DNA of 33,545 nt, taken from NCBI GenBank assembly GCA_964372275.1, contig CAYJRR010000044.1, positions 1 through 33,545 on the forward strand. The letters run 5' to 3'. This DNA is from an uncultured bacterium. Lineage in GTDB: Bacteria; CAYJRR01. Of this stretch, positions 19,098-26,793 are shown one piece after another. The position numbers were made by a program, and so were the translations under genes. The notes beneath the pieces are model-generated. The model ran no database searches and was not told where the DNA came from. It was given only the letters and a program-made list of their open reading frames with translations. Numbering within the stretch: the stretch's first letter is position 1; each line of letters opens with the position of its first letter.

Positions 19098-20627
19098 TTA
19101 ATGGGCCGTCCACTGGACCGACTTCAGGTCGATCCCGTCCTTCACCATGTCGTAGAGGGGGGACATCTCGCGGAGCCGCCGGATCTGCTTCACCACCAGG
19201 TCGGCGACGAAGTCGACCTCCTCCTCGGTGTTGAACTTCCCCAGGCCGAAGCGGATCGAGCTGTGGGCGTGCTCCTCCAGCCCCATCGCCCGCAACACGT
19301 AGCTGGGCTCGAGGGTGGCCGAGGTGCAGGCCGAGCCGCTGGAGCAGGCGATGTCCTTGATCGCCATCAGGATCCCCTCCCCCTCCACGTACTCGAAGGC
19401 GACGTTCAGGTTGCCGGGGAGCCGGTGTTCGAGCGATCCGTTGAGCGAGACGTGGTCGAGCTCGGCGAACAGCCGTTTTCGAAGACGCTCGCGCAGCGCG
19501 AGGACCTTGGCGCCGTCCGCGGCCATCTCTTCCTTCGCCCATTTCGCCGCGCTTCCGAGCCCGACGATCCCGGGGACGTTGAGCGTCCCGGAGCGCATCC
19601 CACGCTCGTGGCCGCCGCCGTCGATCTGCGCCGCGATCCGCACCCGCGGCTTGCGCCGGACATAGAGCGCGCCGACCCCCTTCGGACCGTAGAACTTGTG
19701 CGCCGAGAGGGTGAGCAGGTCGATCTTCATCGCCTCGACGTCGACCGGGATCTTGCCGACCGACTGGGTGGCGTCGGTGTGGAACAGCACCTTCGCCTCG
19801 CGGCAGACGGCGCCGATCGCCGCCACGTCGTGGACGGTGCCCACCTCGTTGTTGGCGTGCATGATCGTGACCAGGATCGTGTCGCGCGCCGTCCCCTTCC
19901 GGATCGCGGCGCGAACCTCCTCCGGGCTCACCCGCCCGTCCCGGCCGACCGGCAACACCGTGACGTCGAACCCCTCGTGCGCCAGCCGCTTGGTGGTGTC
20001 GAGCGTCGCCTTGTGCTCGGTGACGCAGGTGACGATGTGCCGCCCCTTCCCTTTGCACGCGTCGAGCGCGAGGCGCGCCGCCTCCGCCGGATCGCCGCGG
20101 TGGACGACGATTCCGCGCTCCGCCGCGAAGGCGGCCAGCTCGTTCCACGCCTTCGTGTCCCCCGGCGTCGACGCCAGGACCAGCACGATCGTGTCGTCTT
20201 CGAGGGTGTCGGCCCGGATCGCGGCGCGCACCGCCGGCGCCGTCGTCTCCGGCGGCAGGACGGTCGACCGGAACCCCTTGGCCGCGAGCTCCGCCGCCAC
20301 CGTCGCGAACCCGGCCGGATCGGCCCCGACCACCAGGACGTGGCGCCCCTTGGTGCGGTAGTACTGCGCCACCCCTTTGATTGCGAGGTTGTTCCCTTCG
20401 GTCGCGCCGGAGGTCCAGACGATCTCCTTGGGATTGGCGCCGATCAGCGCCGCCACCCGGTCGCGCGCCTCCTCCACCGCCGCCTCGGCCTTCCAACCGT
20501 AGGCGTGATTGCGGCTCGCGGCGTTGCCGAACTCCTGCCGGAAATAGGGGAGCATCTCCTCCAGCACGCGCGGATCGATCGGCGTCGTCGCGTGGTAGTC
20601 CATGTAGATCGGAAGTCGTAGCGCCAT
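19098..20627 (-). CDS. iscS: Cysteine desulfurase IscS, 509 aa, with a 101-aa internal insertion
   Basis: [27 protein letters not shown] (PLP Lys), SSGSACTS (catalytic Cys), LREMSPLY. About 100 aa longer than a typical IscS. Confidence 0.93.
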   Translation of the reverse strand: MALRLPIYMDYHATTPIDPRVLEEMLPYFRQEFGNAASRNHAYGWKAEAAVEEARDRVAALIGANPKEIVWTSGATEGNNLAIKGVAQYYRTKGRHVLVVGADPAGFATVAAELAAKGFRSTVLPPETTAPAVRAAIRADTLEDDTIVLVLASTPGDTKAWNELAAFAAERGIVVHRGDPAEAARLALDACKGKGRHIVTCVTEHKATLDTTKRLAHEGFDVTVLPVGRDGRVSPEEVRAAIRKGTARDTILVTIMHANNEVGTVHDVAAIGAVCREAKVLFHTDATQSVGKIPVDVEAMKIDLLTLSAHKFYGPKGVGALYVRRKPRVRIAAQIDGGGHERGMRSGTLNVPGIVGLGSAAKWAKEEMAADGAKVLALRERLRKRLFAELDHVSLNGSLEHRLPGNLNVAFEYVEGEGILMAIKDIACSSGSACTSATLEPSYVLRAMGLEEHAHSSIRFGLGKFNTEEEVDFVADLVVKQIRRLREMSPLYDMVKDGIDLKSVQWTAH

Positions 20628-20638
20628 CGTGAACCCTT

Positions 20639-21124
20639 CTACCCCTTGAAGAACCCGGCCACGAGCGAGGGGCTCGAGCCGACGCGGTCCGGACCTCCGA
20701 CGTCGCACTGCGAGCAGGCGCTCACCGCGTGCGTATGCTCGTCGCACACCGTCCCGCAGGTTTCGAGGTACTCGAGACTCGCCTCCAGTTCGCGGGTGAG
20801 CGCGCGCAGGCGGTCGATCTGCGCGCGCGTCTCCGCCAGCTTCTCCCGGTAGAGGCCGCGCACGTATCCCATCGACTGCGGACCCGAGGCCCCCCCCTCC
20901 CAGTCGTGACGGAACCCCTGGATCTGGTGGAGGCTGAAACCGAGGTCGTTCAGGTGGGCGATCCACTTCACGCGCACCACGCTCTCGGCCCCGTAGAGGC
21001 GGAACCCCCCCTTCGATCGCTCGACCGGGTGGAGAAGTCCCATCTCTTCGTAGAGATGGAGCGCGCGCACGCTCTTTCCCGTCAGCCGGGAAAGCTCGCC
21101 GATCTTGAGTCGTCGCCCGTGCAT
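20639..21124 (-). CDS. MerR-family transcriptional regulator with C-terminal Cys/His cluster
   Basis: [43 protein letters not shown], coiled coil, then [18 protein letters not shown]. Confidence 0.9.
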   Translation of the reverse strand: MHGRRLKIGELSRLTGKSVRALHLYEEMGLLHPVERSKGGFRLYGAESVVRVKWIAHLNDLGFSLHQIQGFRHDWEGGASGPQSMGYVRGLYREKLAETRAQIDRLRALTRELEASLEYLETCGTVCDEHTHAVSACSQCDVGGPDRVGSSPSLVAGFFKG

Positions 21125-21137
21125 ATCGCCCCGAAAT

Positions 21138-21165
21138 CAAACCCTAACGTATACGTAAGGGTTTG
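21138..21165. promoter_or_regulatory. 28-bp palindrome, probable MerR-type operator
   Basis: CAAACCCTAACGTATACGTAAGGGTTTG is self-complementary at 13 of 14 pairs. It is AT-rich and lies 13 nt upstream of the merR start codon. Confidence 0.75.
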
Positions 21166-21254
21166 TTATGGCCTCGAATCTAGGGGATCGAAGCACCGAG
21201 GTCAATCGGAAAGATACCCGAATTAACCGGGACTTAGGATTATACTATGGGAAG

Positions 21255-22631
21255 GTGCCGCGGACGCGAACCGCCGGAACCGTGCGGTGGCTGCTCCTGC
21301 CCGTGCTGGCAGGCTGCGCGTCGGAGTCACTCGTCCGACTCGAGGTGCCCAAGGGGGCGATCGTTCTGTCGGGGGCCGCCGTCTACCTCGGCGAGGGACG
21401 GACGCTGGACGACGCGCTGCTGGTGATCGACGGCGACCGGATCGTCGGACTCTCGCCGCGGCCCGGCGGGCGCATCGCCCTCCCCCGGGACGCGACGGTG
21501 ATCGACCTCGACGGGCGCACCGTCGTTCCCGGGCTGATCGAGCTCCACGCGCATCTGGCCGCCGACGGCTGTTTCGCCGAACCGATGACCGAGCCGCGAT
21601 TGCGCCGGCAACTGCGCGCCTACCTCCACCACGGCGTCACCACGGTCGTCGACCTCGGCTCGTCGGTCTGGCTGTCGGAGGAACGACGTCGCGCGCGCGA
21701 GGAGGAATGGGACTCTCCGGAGATCCTCCTCGCCGGCCCGATGATCACCGCACCTGGCGGCCATCCCGCCGCGGCCGAAGGCCGGCACGGCGGCGCCGCA
21801 CGACGCGTCTCCGACTCCGAGGAGGCCCGCCTCGCAGTCGGCGAGATCGCCGATCGCGGGGGGGACCTGGTGAAGGCGGTGCTCGAGGCCGGCGGCTTCG
21901 GCGGTCTTCCGGTCTCGCCGTCACTGGGGAGCGCGGAGCTGCAGGCGATCGCCGACGAGGCCCACGCACGCGGATTGCGGCTGTTCGTCCACGTCTCGTC
22001 GGCGGCGGAGGCGATGCTCGCGATCGACGCCGGCGCCGACGTGCTGGCCCACCTGCCGATCCGGGAACCGATGTCGGAGGAGCTGGCGGCCTCCTTGCGC
22101 GACGCAAAGATCCCGGTGATCAGCACGCTCTCGGAGGTGGAGGGGGTCTTCCGCCTGCTCGACGAGCCGGCATGGATCGACCGGATGGAGGCGAAAGGAG
22201 TCGTCGACGCCGACGTCGCCGCCGCCTGCCGCGGACCGGAGGTCGTCTCCCGCGCGGCGCAGACCCCGTTCACCGACTACGCGCGCGCGCAGTTCGAGGT
22301 GGCGCGGAGGAACGTCGCCACGCTCGAGGCGGCCGGGGCGGAGGTCGTCGCCGGCACCGACGCCGGCAGCCTCTACGTCTTCCACGGCGCCGGGGTGCAC
22401 CGGGAGTTGGAGCTGCTGGTGGAGTCGGGCTTGAGCCCCGACGAGGCGCTCGACGCGGCGACGCTGCATGCGGCGGCCGCGCTGGGACGAGAGGACCTGG
22501 GGGCGATCCGCCCGGGGCGGCGCGCCGACCTGCTGGTGGTCGAAGGGAACGTCAACGAATCGCTCGCGCCGCTGTCACGGATCGAGATCGTGGTTCGCGC
22601 CGGACGGCTCTACCGCCGCGACGACCTGTAG
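21255..22631 (+). CDS. Amidohydrolase family protein, probable lipoprotein
   Basis: Lipobox LAGC, PGLIELHAH (HxH), VKAVL, FVHV, LAH, AGTDAG, GAIRPGRRADL. Start is uncertain (21255 or 21282). Confidence 0.85.
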   Translation: MPRTRTAGTVRWLLLPVLAGCASESLVRLEVPKGAIVLSGAAVYLGEGRTLDDALLVIDGDRIVGLSPRPGGRIALPRDATVIDLDGRTVVPGLIELHAHLAADGCFAEPMTEPRLRRQLRAYLHHGVTTVVDLGSSVWLSEERRRAREEEWDSPEILLAGPMITAPGGHPAAAEGRHGGAARRVSDSEEARLAVGEIADRGGDLVKAVLEAGGFGGLPVSPSLGSAELQAIADEAHARGLRLFVHVSSAAEAMLAIDAGADVLAHLPIREPMSEELAASLRDAKIPVISTLSEVEGVFRLLDEPAWIDRMEAKGVVDADVAAACRGPEVVSRAAQTPFTDYARAQFEVARRNVATLEAAGAEVVAGTDAGSLYVFHGAGVHRELELLVESGLSPDEALDAATLHAAAALGREDLGAIRPGRRADLLVVEGNVNESLAPLSRIEIVVRAGRLYRRDDL

Positions 22632-22740
22632 AGCCGGCAATGGCAACTGCCGCCAACGCCGTGTGGCGGCGATCGCCCAGGTGGTGACGGCACCCCCACC
22701 CTTGGAAGGCGCAACGTCCCGGAACCGAGAACGAATTCTC

Positions 22741-22756
22741 GGGAACGGCGGTTGCA
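22741..22756 (+). promoter_or_regulatory. Putative sigma54 (-24/-12) promoter
   Basis: GGGAACGGCGGTTGCA has GG-N10-GC spacing with TTGCA, just upstream of ATG 22772. Confidence 0.45.
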
Positions 22757-22771
22757 GCGCGTCGCCCGCCC

Positions 22772-24205
22772 ATGAGAGGGACGACTTTCGGGCGTGCCGC
22801 GGCGGTGGCGCTCGCCCTGCACGCCAGCCCGGCGATCGCCGACATTCTGTTGATCGACACCAACGACCAGGCGGTCGAACGCCAGGCGGCGATCCAGCTC
22901 GGCCGGACCTACGGCGAGGCGGTTCACATCGTCCCGGGAGAAGGTCCGGAGCTCGACGCCGTCTTCGCCCGCGCCGAACGAGGCGAGATCCGGCTCACGA
23001 CGATCGTCGGTTCGGGGCACTCCGGCGGGACGACCTTCTTCGGAAAACAGGGACGTCTCTCGATCGTCGACGAGCTGGTGGAGAAGCATCCGAAGGCGCG
23101 CAAGCAGGTCCGCCATTTCATCGGACTCGGCTGCTACACCGGCACCAAGTACAACGGCATCGAGTGGCAGCGGCGGTTTCCGAACGCCACGGTGATCGCG
23201 GGCTTCGCCGGCTCGGCTCCTTCGGGAGCATGGAGCGCCAAGTTCCTGCGCGAGGTGTACTCGGCGATCGGGGACGCGCGGCGGCAGGCCGGCGGAAACG
23301 ACGGGCTCGCGCGGCAATTGGGCCAGGCGCCCGCGAGACAGGCGCTGCGCCAGACCCTCGCCGCGCTCGCCAGCGTGCGGAACACGGTCGGCACGTTCCT
23401 GATCTGCGAGCAGTTCTACGATCCGAAGGGCACGAGCAAGGCGAAGACGCGCGAGCAGATGTACCAGGGGATGTCGGTCTTCCAGAACTACCTCAACGCC
23501 TGGGGGAACCAGGAGGACGTGCCGCCGGACCCGCACGCGACCTCGCCGCTGCGCGTCTTCTACAACGACGTGCAGAGCTACCTCGGCGTCGCCGATCCGA
23601 GTGAGCGGGAGTTGCTGCTCAAGATCAAGGAGCAGACGATCCGTCTCATCTACTTCGGCAACGTGAAGAGGTCCTGGGCACGTGCGCACGAACCGGAGCG
23701 CGCGGGCGTCAACCGCACCCTGGGGGCGGCGGGAAAGCCGACGGTGCCGCCGCCCGCCGAGCTTGCCCGCATGACACGCCGTCAGGTGCTCAACCTCGGC
23801 TACTCGCTGGACGAGGCGCTCTCCGCCATCGAGGCCGACGCGGCGTCGCCGATCCCCAACGAATCGACGGCGAACGCGCGGTCGGCCGAGGACGAGCGGA
23901 TCGCCGCCGCGCGAATGGCGGAGGACGACGCGCTCGCGGCGGCCCGCCTGGAGCAGGACCGGCGGACCGGGATGTCCGCGGCCGAGCGGCAGTCGCTCGA
24001 GCTGGCACGCCGCGCCGAGGATGCGGAACGGGCGGCCGTCCGCGGGCGGGAGGACGAAGCGCGATCGGCCGCCCGCCGGTCCGAGGACGAAGCCGCCGCG
24101 GCGCGTCATCCCGGCCAGACGGAGCGTGCGGCCCTCCGCAAGTTCGTCGAAGATTACAAGCGGCAGCTCGTCGAACTCGACACGCCGTTCGAATGGATCG
24201 ATTAG
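22772..24205 (+). CDS. Secreted hypothetical protein, possible clan CD (caspase/CHAT-like) His-Cys peptidase fold, with 11-residue repeats
   Basis: Signal peptide ending ASPAIA, IVGSGHSGG and FIGLGCYTG, and a plausible protein sequence in this frame. Confidence 0.7.
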   Translation: MRGTTFGRAAAVALALHASPAIADILLIDTNDQAVERQAAIQLGRTYGEAVHIVPGEGPELDAVFARAERGEIRLTTIVGSGHSGGTTFFGKQGRLSIVDELVEKHPKARKQVRHFIGLGCYTGTKYNGIEWQRRFPNATVIAGFAGSAPSGAWSAKFLREVYSAIGDARRQAGGNDGLARQLGQAPARQALRQTLAALASVRNTVGTFLICEQFYDPKGTSKAKTREQMYQGMSVFQNYLNAWGNQEDVPPDPHATSPLRVFYNDVQSYLGVADPSERELLLKIKEQTIRLIYFGNVKRSWARAHEPERAGVNRTLGAAGKPTVPPPAELARMTRRQVLNLGYSLDEALSAIEADAASPIPNESTANARSAEDERIAAARMAEDDALAAARLEQDRRTGMSAAERQSLELARRAEDAERAAVRGREDEARSAARRSEDEAAAARHPGQTERAALRKFVEDYKRQLVELDTPFEWID

Positions 24206-24239
24206 CGGACCTCTTCCAATGGACCAGGGGCGACTCACG

Positions 24240-24665
24240 ATGATCTCCAGCTCGACCGTCCTGCTCTCCTTCGTGTCGTTCCTCGCGGCGGCGGGCACCG
24301 CCCCCGCGGAAGCCGCCAAGGGCCCGTCCGTCACCGCCTCGGTGCCGGCGGCCTGCGCCGACGTGTGGAAGGAGGTCTACCCGCAGTTCGACAAGGGCGG
24401 GTGGAAGGTGACGGTCCTCGATCCCCGCGAGAAGGATCTGAAGGTTCCCGTCCCCGAGGTCCTCGAATCGTTCGTGACGGCGGTTCCCGGACTGTCGGAC
24501 GCGCTCGCCTCGATGGACGCGCTCGATCGCGACCTGTTCTACGTGCGCGTGCGCGGCAAATCGCTCGCCGAGCTCAAGCGCCACTACCCGAAGATCGAGC
24601 CGGCGACCCTTCGCGCCGCGAAGCTCCAGGCCTGCCGCGACGTCGCCGCCGAAACCGGCGAGTAG
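24240..24665 (+). CDS. Small secreted hypothetical protein (two Cys)
   Basis: Signal peptide MISSSTVLLSFVSFLAAAG. Co-oriented directly after 22772..24205. Confidence 0.65.
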   Translation: MISSSTVLLSFVSFLAAAGTAPAEAAKGPSVTASVPAACADVWKEVYPQFDKGGWKVTVLDPREKDLKVPVPEVLESFVTAVPGLSDALASMDALDRDLFYVRVRGKSLAELKRHYPKIEPATLRAAKLQACRDVAAETGE

Positions 24666-24706
24666 CCGTCCGCGCTTCGGGCCGGGGGGATTTCCCCGGC
24701 TTCCCC

Positions 24707-25561
24707 TCAGGAGCGCTTCTCGAGGCGGCGAAGGCGTTTCAGGTTGAGCTTGAAGCTCATCTCGCCGTTCTCCAGCGGCGGCGTCTCCAGCACCGCCGGA
24801 TGGTCGGCGAACCGCGGATCGTTCACCAGCAGCCGGAACGGCTCCTTCCCCAGGAATCCGTCGCCGATCCACGCGTGGCGATCGACGCGGCAGTTCAAGT
24901 CCTTCTTCGAGTCGTTGAGGTGGAAGGCGCGCAGATGGCGCAGGCCGACGACGCGGTCGAACGCCGACCACATCGCCTCGTACCCCTCGACGCGGCGCAG
25001 GTCGTAGCCGGCGGCGAAAGCGTGGCAGGTGTCGAAGCAGATGCCGACGCGCCGCCCGTGTTTCGCCGCGGCGCGGATCGCCGCGAGGTGCTCGAAGCGC
25101 CAGCCGATGCACGCCCCCTGGCCGGCGGTGTTCTCAAGGAGCAGGTCGGCGGCCAGCGCCGGCCGCGCTTCGAAGACGTCGTCGATCGCCGCCGCCACGC
25201 GCCCGATTCCGTCGTCTTCCGAACCGTCGCGGGTGGTCGATCCTGGATGGAGGACCAGGAACGGGATCCGGAGCCGGTCGCATCGCTCGAGCTCGTCGGC
25301 CAGCGCCGTGACCGATTTCCGCCAGAGCAGCGGATCGGGCGAGGCTAGGTTGATGAGGTAGCTGCCGTGCGTGATCACCGGCAGCCGCGCGCGGTCGACG
25401 GCGCGCCCGAAGTCGTCGCACTCCTCGCGCGATAGCTCCTTGCCTTTCCATTGGCTCGACGACTTGGTGAAGACCTGGAGCGAATCGCAGCCGTCCGCGA
25501 GCGCGCGCTCGACCGCCTTCGGCATCCCACCCGCGATCGACTCGTGCGCGCCGAGCTTCAA
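24707..25561 (-). CDS. nfo: Endonuclease IV (AP endonuclease)
   Basis: LGAHESIAGG, HGSYLINLAS, VLHPGS, LLENTAGQG, CFDTCHAFAAGYD, HLNDSK, DRH, LETP. TTG start is inferred. Confidence 0.94.
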   Translation of the reverse strand: MKLGAHESIAGGMPKAVERALADGCDSLQVFTKSSSQWKGKELSREECDDFGRAVDRARLPVITHGSYLINLASPDPLLWRKSVTALADELERCDRLRIPFLVLHPGSTTRDGSEDDGIGRVAAAIDDVFEARPALAADLLLENTAGQGACIGWRFEHLAAIRAAAKHGRRVGICFDTCHAFAAGYDLRRVEGYEAMWSAFDRVVGLRHLRAFHLNDSKKDLNCRVDRHAWIGDGFLGKEPFRLLVNDPRFADHPAVLETPPLENGEMSFKLNLKRLRRLEKRS

Positions 25562-25627
25562 GTTGCTAGAAGGGTAGCCGGCGAACCGAGCCCGCGTCCA
25601 CGCATGCGGCTCCTCCCGCCGACCACG

Positions 25628-26305
25628 ATGCGCGATCGCCACAAGCTGGCCGTTCTCGCCCTGATCCTCGGGGTCGGACTCCTGGTCCTGATCGCCTGGG
25701 CAGGGGGCGATCTCGCCGACCCGGCGGCATTGCAACGGCGCCTCGCCATAGGCCTCGACCGGCTCGGGCATTGGGCTCCGGCGGCATACGTCGCGGTGTA
25801 CGCCGTGTCGCCGCTCCTGTTTCTCCCGGCGATCCCGCTGTCGCTGGTCGCGGGCGTTCTGTTCGGCCCGTGGTGGGGGGCACTCTACGGACTGGTCGGA
25901 TCGACCGGAGGGGCGTGCGTGTCGTTCGCGGTCGGGCGGGCGCTCGGCCGGGACGCCGTCGCGCGCCGGTCGCGCGGTCGCATCGCGGAGATCAAGCGCG
26001 GCGTGGAGCGGGAGGGTTGGCGTTTCGTCGCCTTCGTGCGGTTGGTTCCCGTGCTCCCATTCGGCGTCGTCAACCTCGCGCTCGGCACCACCGAGATCCG
26101 GTTCTCGACATTCGCCCTCACCTCCGCCGTCACGATGGCACCGGGCGCGCTGGTCTACGCGTGGCTCGGCGCGGCGGGACGGTCTGCTGCCGGCGGCGCG
26201 GAGGGGGCCGCCACGGCGTTCGGATGGGGGCTGGGGCTGCTGGCGCTTCTGATCGCAATCCCGGCCGCCGTGCGCCTGCGGGCCGCGCGTCGCGGCGGGT
26301 CGTGA
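25628..26305 (+). CDS. TVP38/TMEM64 (VTT, DedA superfamily) membrane protein
   Basis: LPAIPLSLVAGVLFGPWWG, FAVGRALGR, FVRLVPVLPFGVVNLALG. Start is 25604 or 25628. Confidence 0.88.
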   Translation: MRDRHKLAVLALILGVGLLVLIAWAGGDLADPAALQRRLAIGLDRLGHWAPAAYVAVYAVSPLLFLPAIPLSLVAGVLFGPWWGALYGLVGSTGGACVSFAVGRALGRDAVARRSRGRIAEIKRGVEREGWRFVAFVRLVPVLPFGVVNLALGTTEIRFSTFALTSAVTMAPGALVYAWLGAAGRSAAGGAEGAATAFGWGLGLLALLIAIPAAVRLRAARRGGS

Positions 26306-26382
26306 GACATCGATCGCCCAGATGGGGAGTCTTCTAGACGGGCACGATTCACCCAACAGCTTGCCAAATAAGGTGAATTTGG

Positions 26383-26398
26383 CGGAACGGCGCTTGCT
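26383..26398 (+). promoter_or_regulatory. Putative sigma54 (-24/-12) promoter
   Basis: CGGAACGGCGCTTGCT has GG-N10-GC spacing and is followed by an AAGGAG RBS and ATG 26425. Confidence 0.5.
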
Positions 26399-26424
26399 AG
26401 CGCAGGGTGGCAAGGAGATTTGCC

Positions 26425-26793
26425 ATGCCGACTCATCGTGCCGCCGTCCTCCCACTTTGCGCCCTGCTTCTCGCCGCCGGTCTCTCGGCCGACGCGGCGA
26501 CCGCGCGTCACTCCGTCGACTGCGACGCCCTGCACCGTGAACGCGCCCTGCGTGTCCGCGAATCGGCCGGGCTCTCTTCGAGCGTGGAGACGACCAACGT
26601 GGAGCTCGGCGAGACCGCCGACGCGCTCCGCGCCGCCACCGACCCGGGCCGCCGGCGTGAGCTCGCCCGACGCGCGGCGGCGCTGCGCCGCGAGCTTTCG
26701 ACGCTGCTCGACCGGGAGCGGGAATCGGTCGACCGATTGGGCACGCTCGACACCGAGATCGCCGCCCGCTGCCGCGCTCGAGGTGGCCGATGA
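26425..26793 (+). CDS. Small secreted helical hypothetical protein
   Basis: AAGGAG RBS, signal peptide, coiled-coil-like body bracketed by two Cys. ATGA overlap with the next gene. Confidence 0.65.
   Translation: MPTHRAAVLPLCALLLAAGLSADAATARHSVDCDALHRERALRVRESAGLSSSVETTNVELGETADALRAATDPGRRRELARRAAALRRELSTLLDRERESVDRLGTLDTEIAARCRARGGR

Noticed and set aside
20049..20351. IscS insertion as an intein or assembly duplication
   Set aside because: There is no Cys/Ser start with His-Asn end as in inteins. The copy is highly diverged, in frame and without stops, unlike an assembly repeat.
20628..21140. MerR-IscS fusion or N-terminally extended IscS (680-aa ORF), and the 611-aa ORF ending in IscU
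   Set aside because: The extensions are off-frame readings of the upstream genes. merR has its own stop, and iscS and iscU have canonical N-termini.
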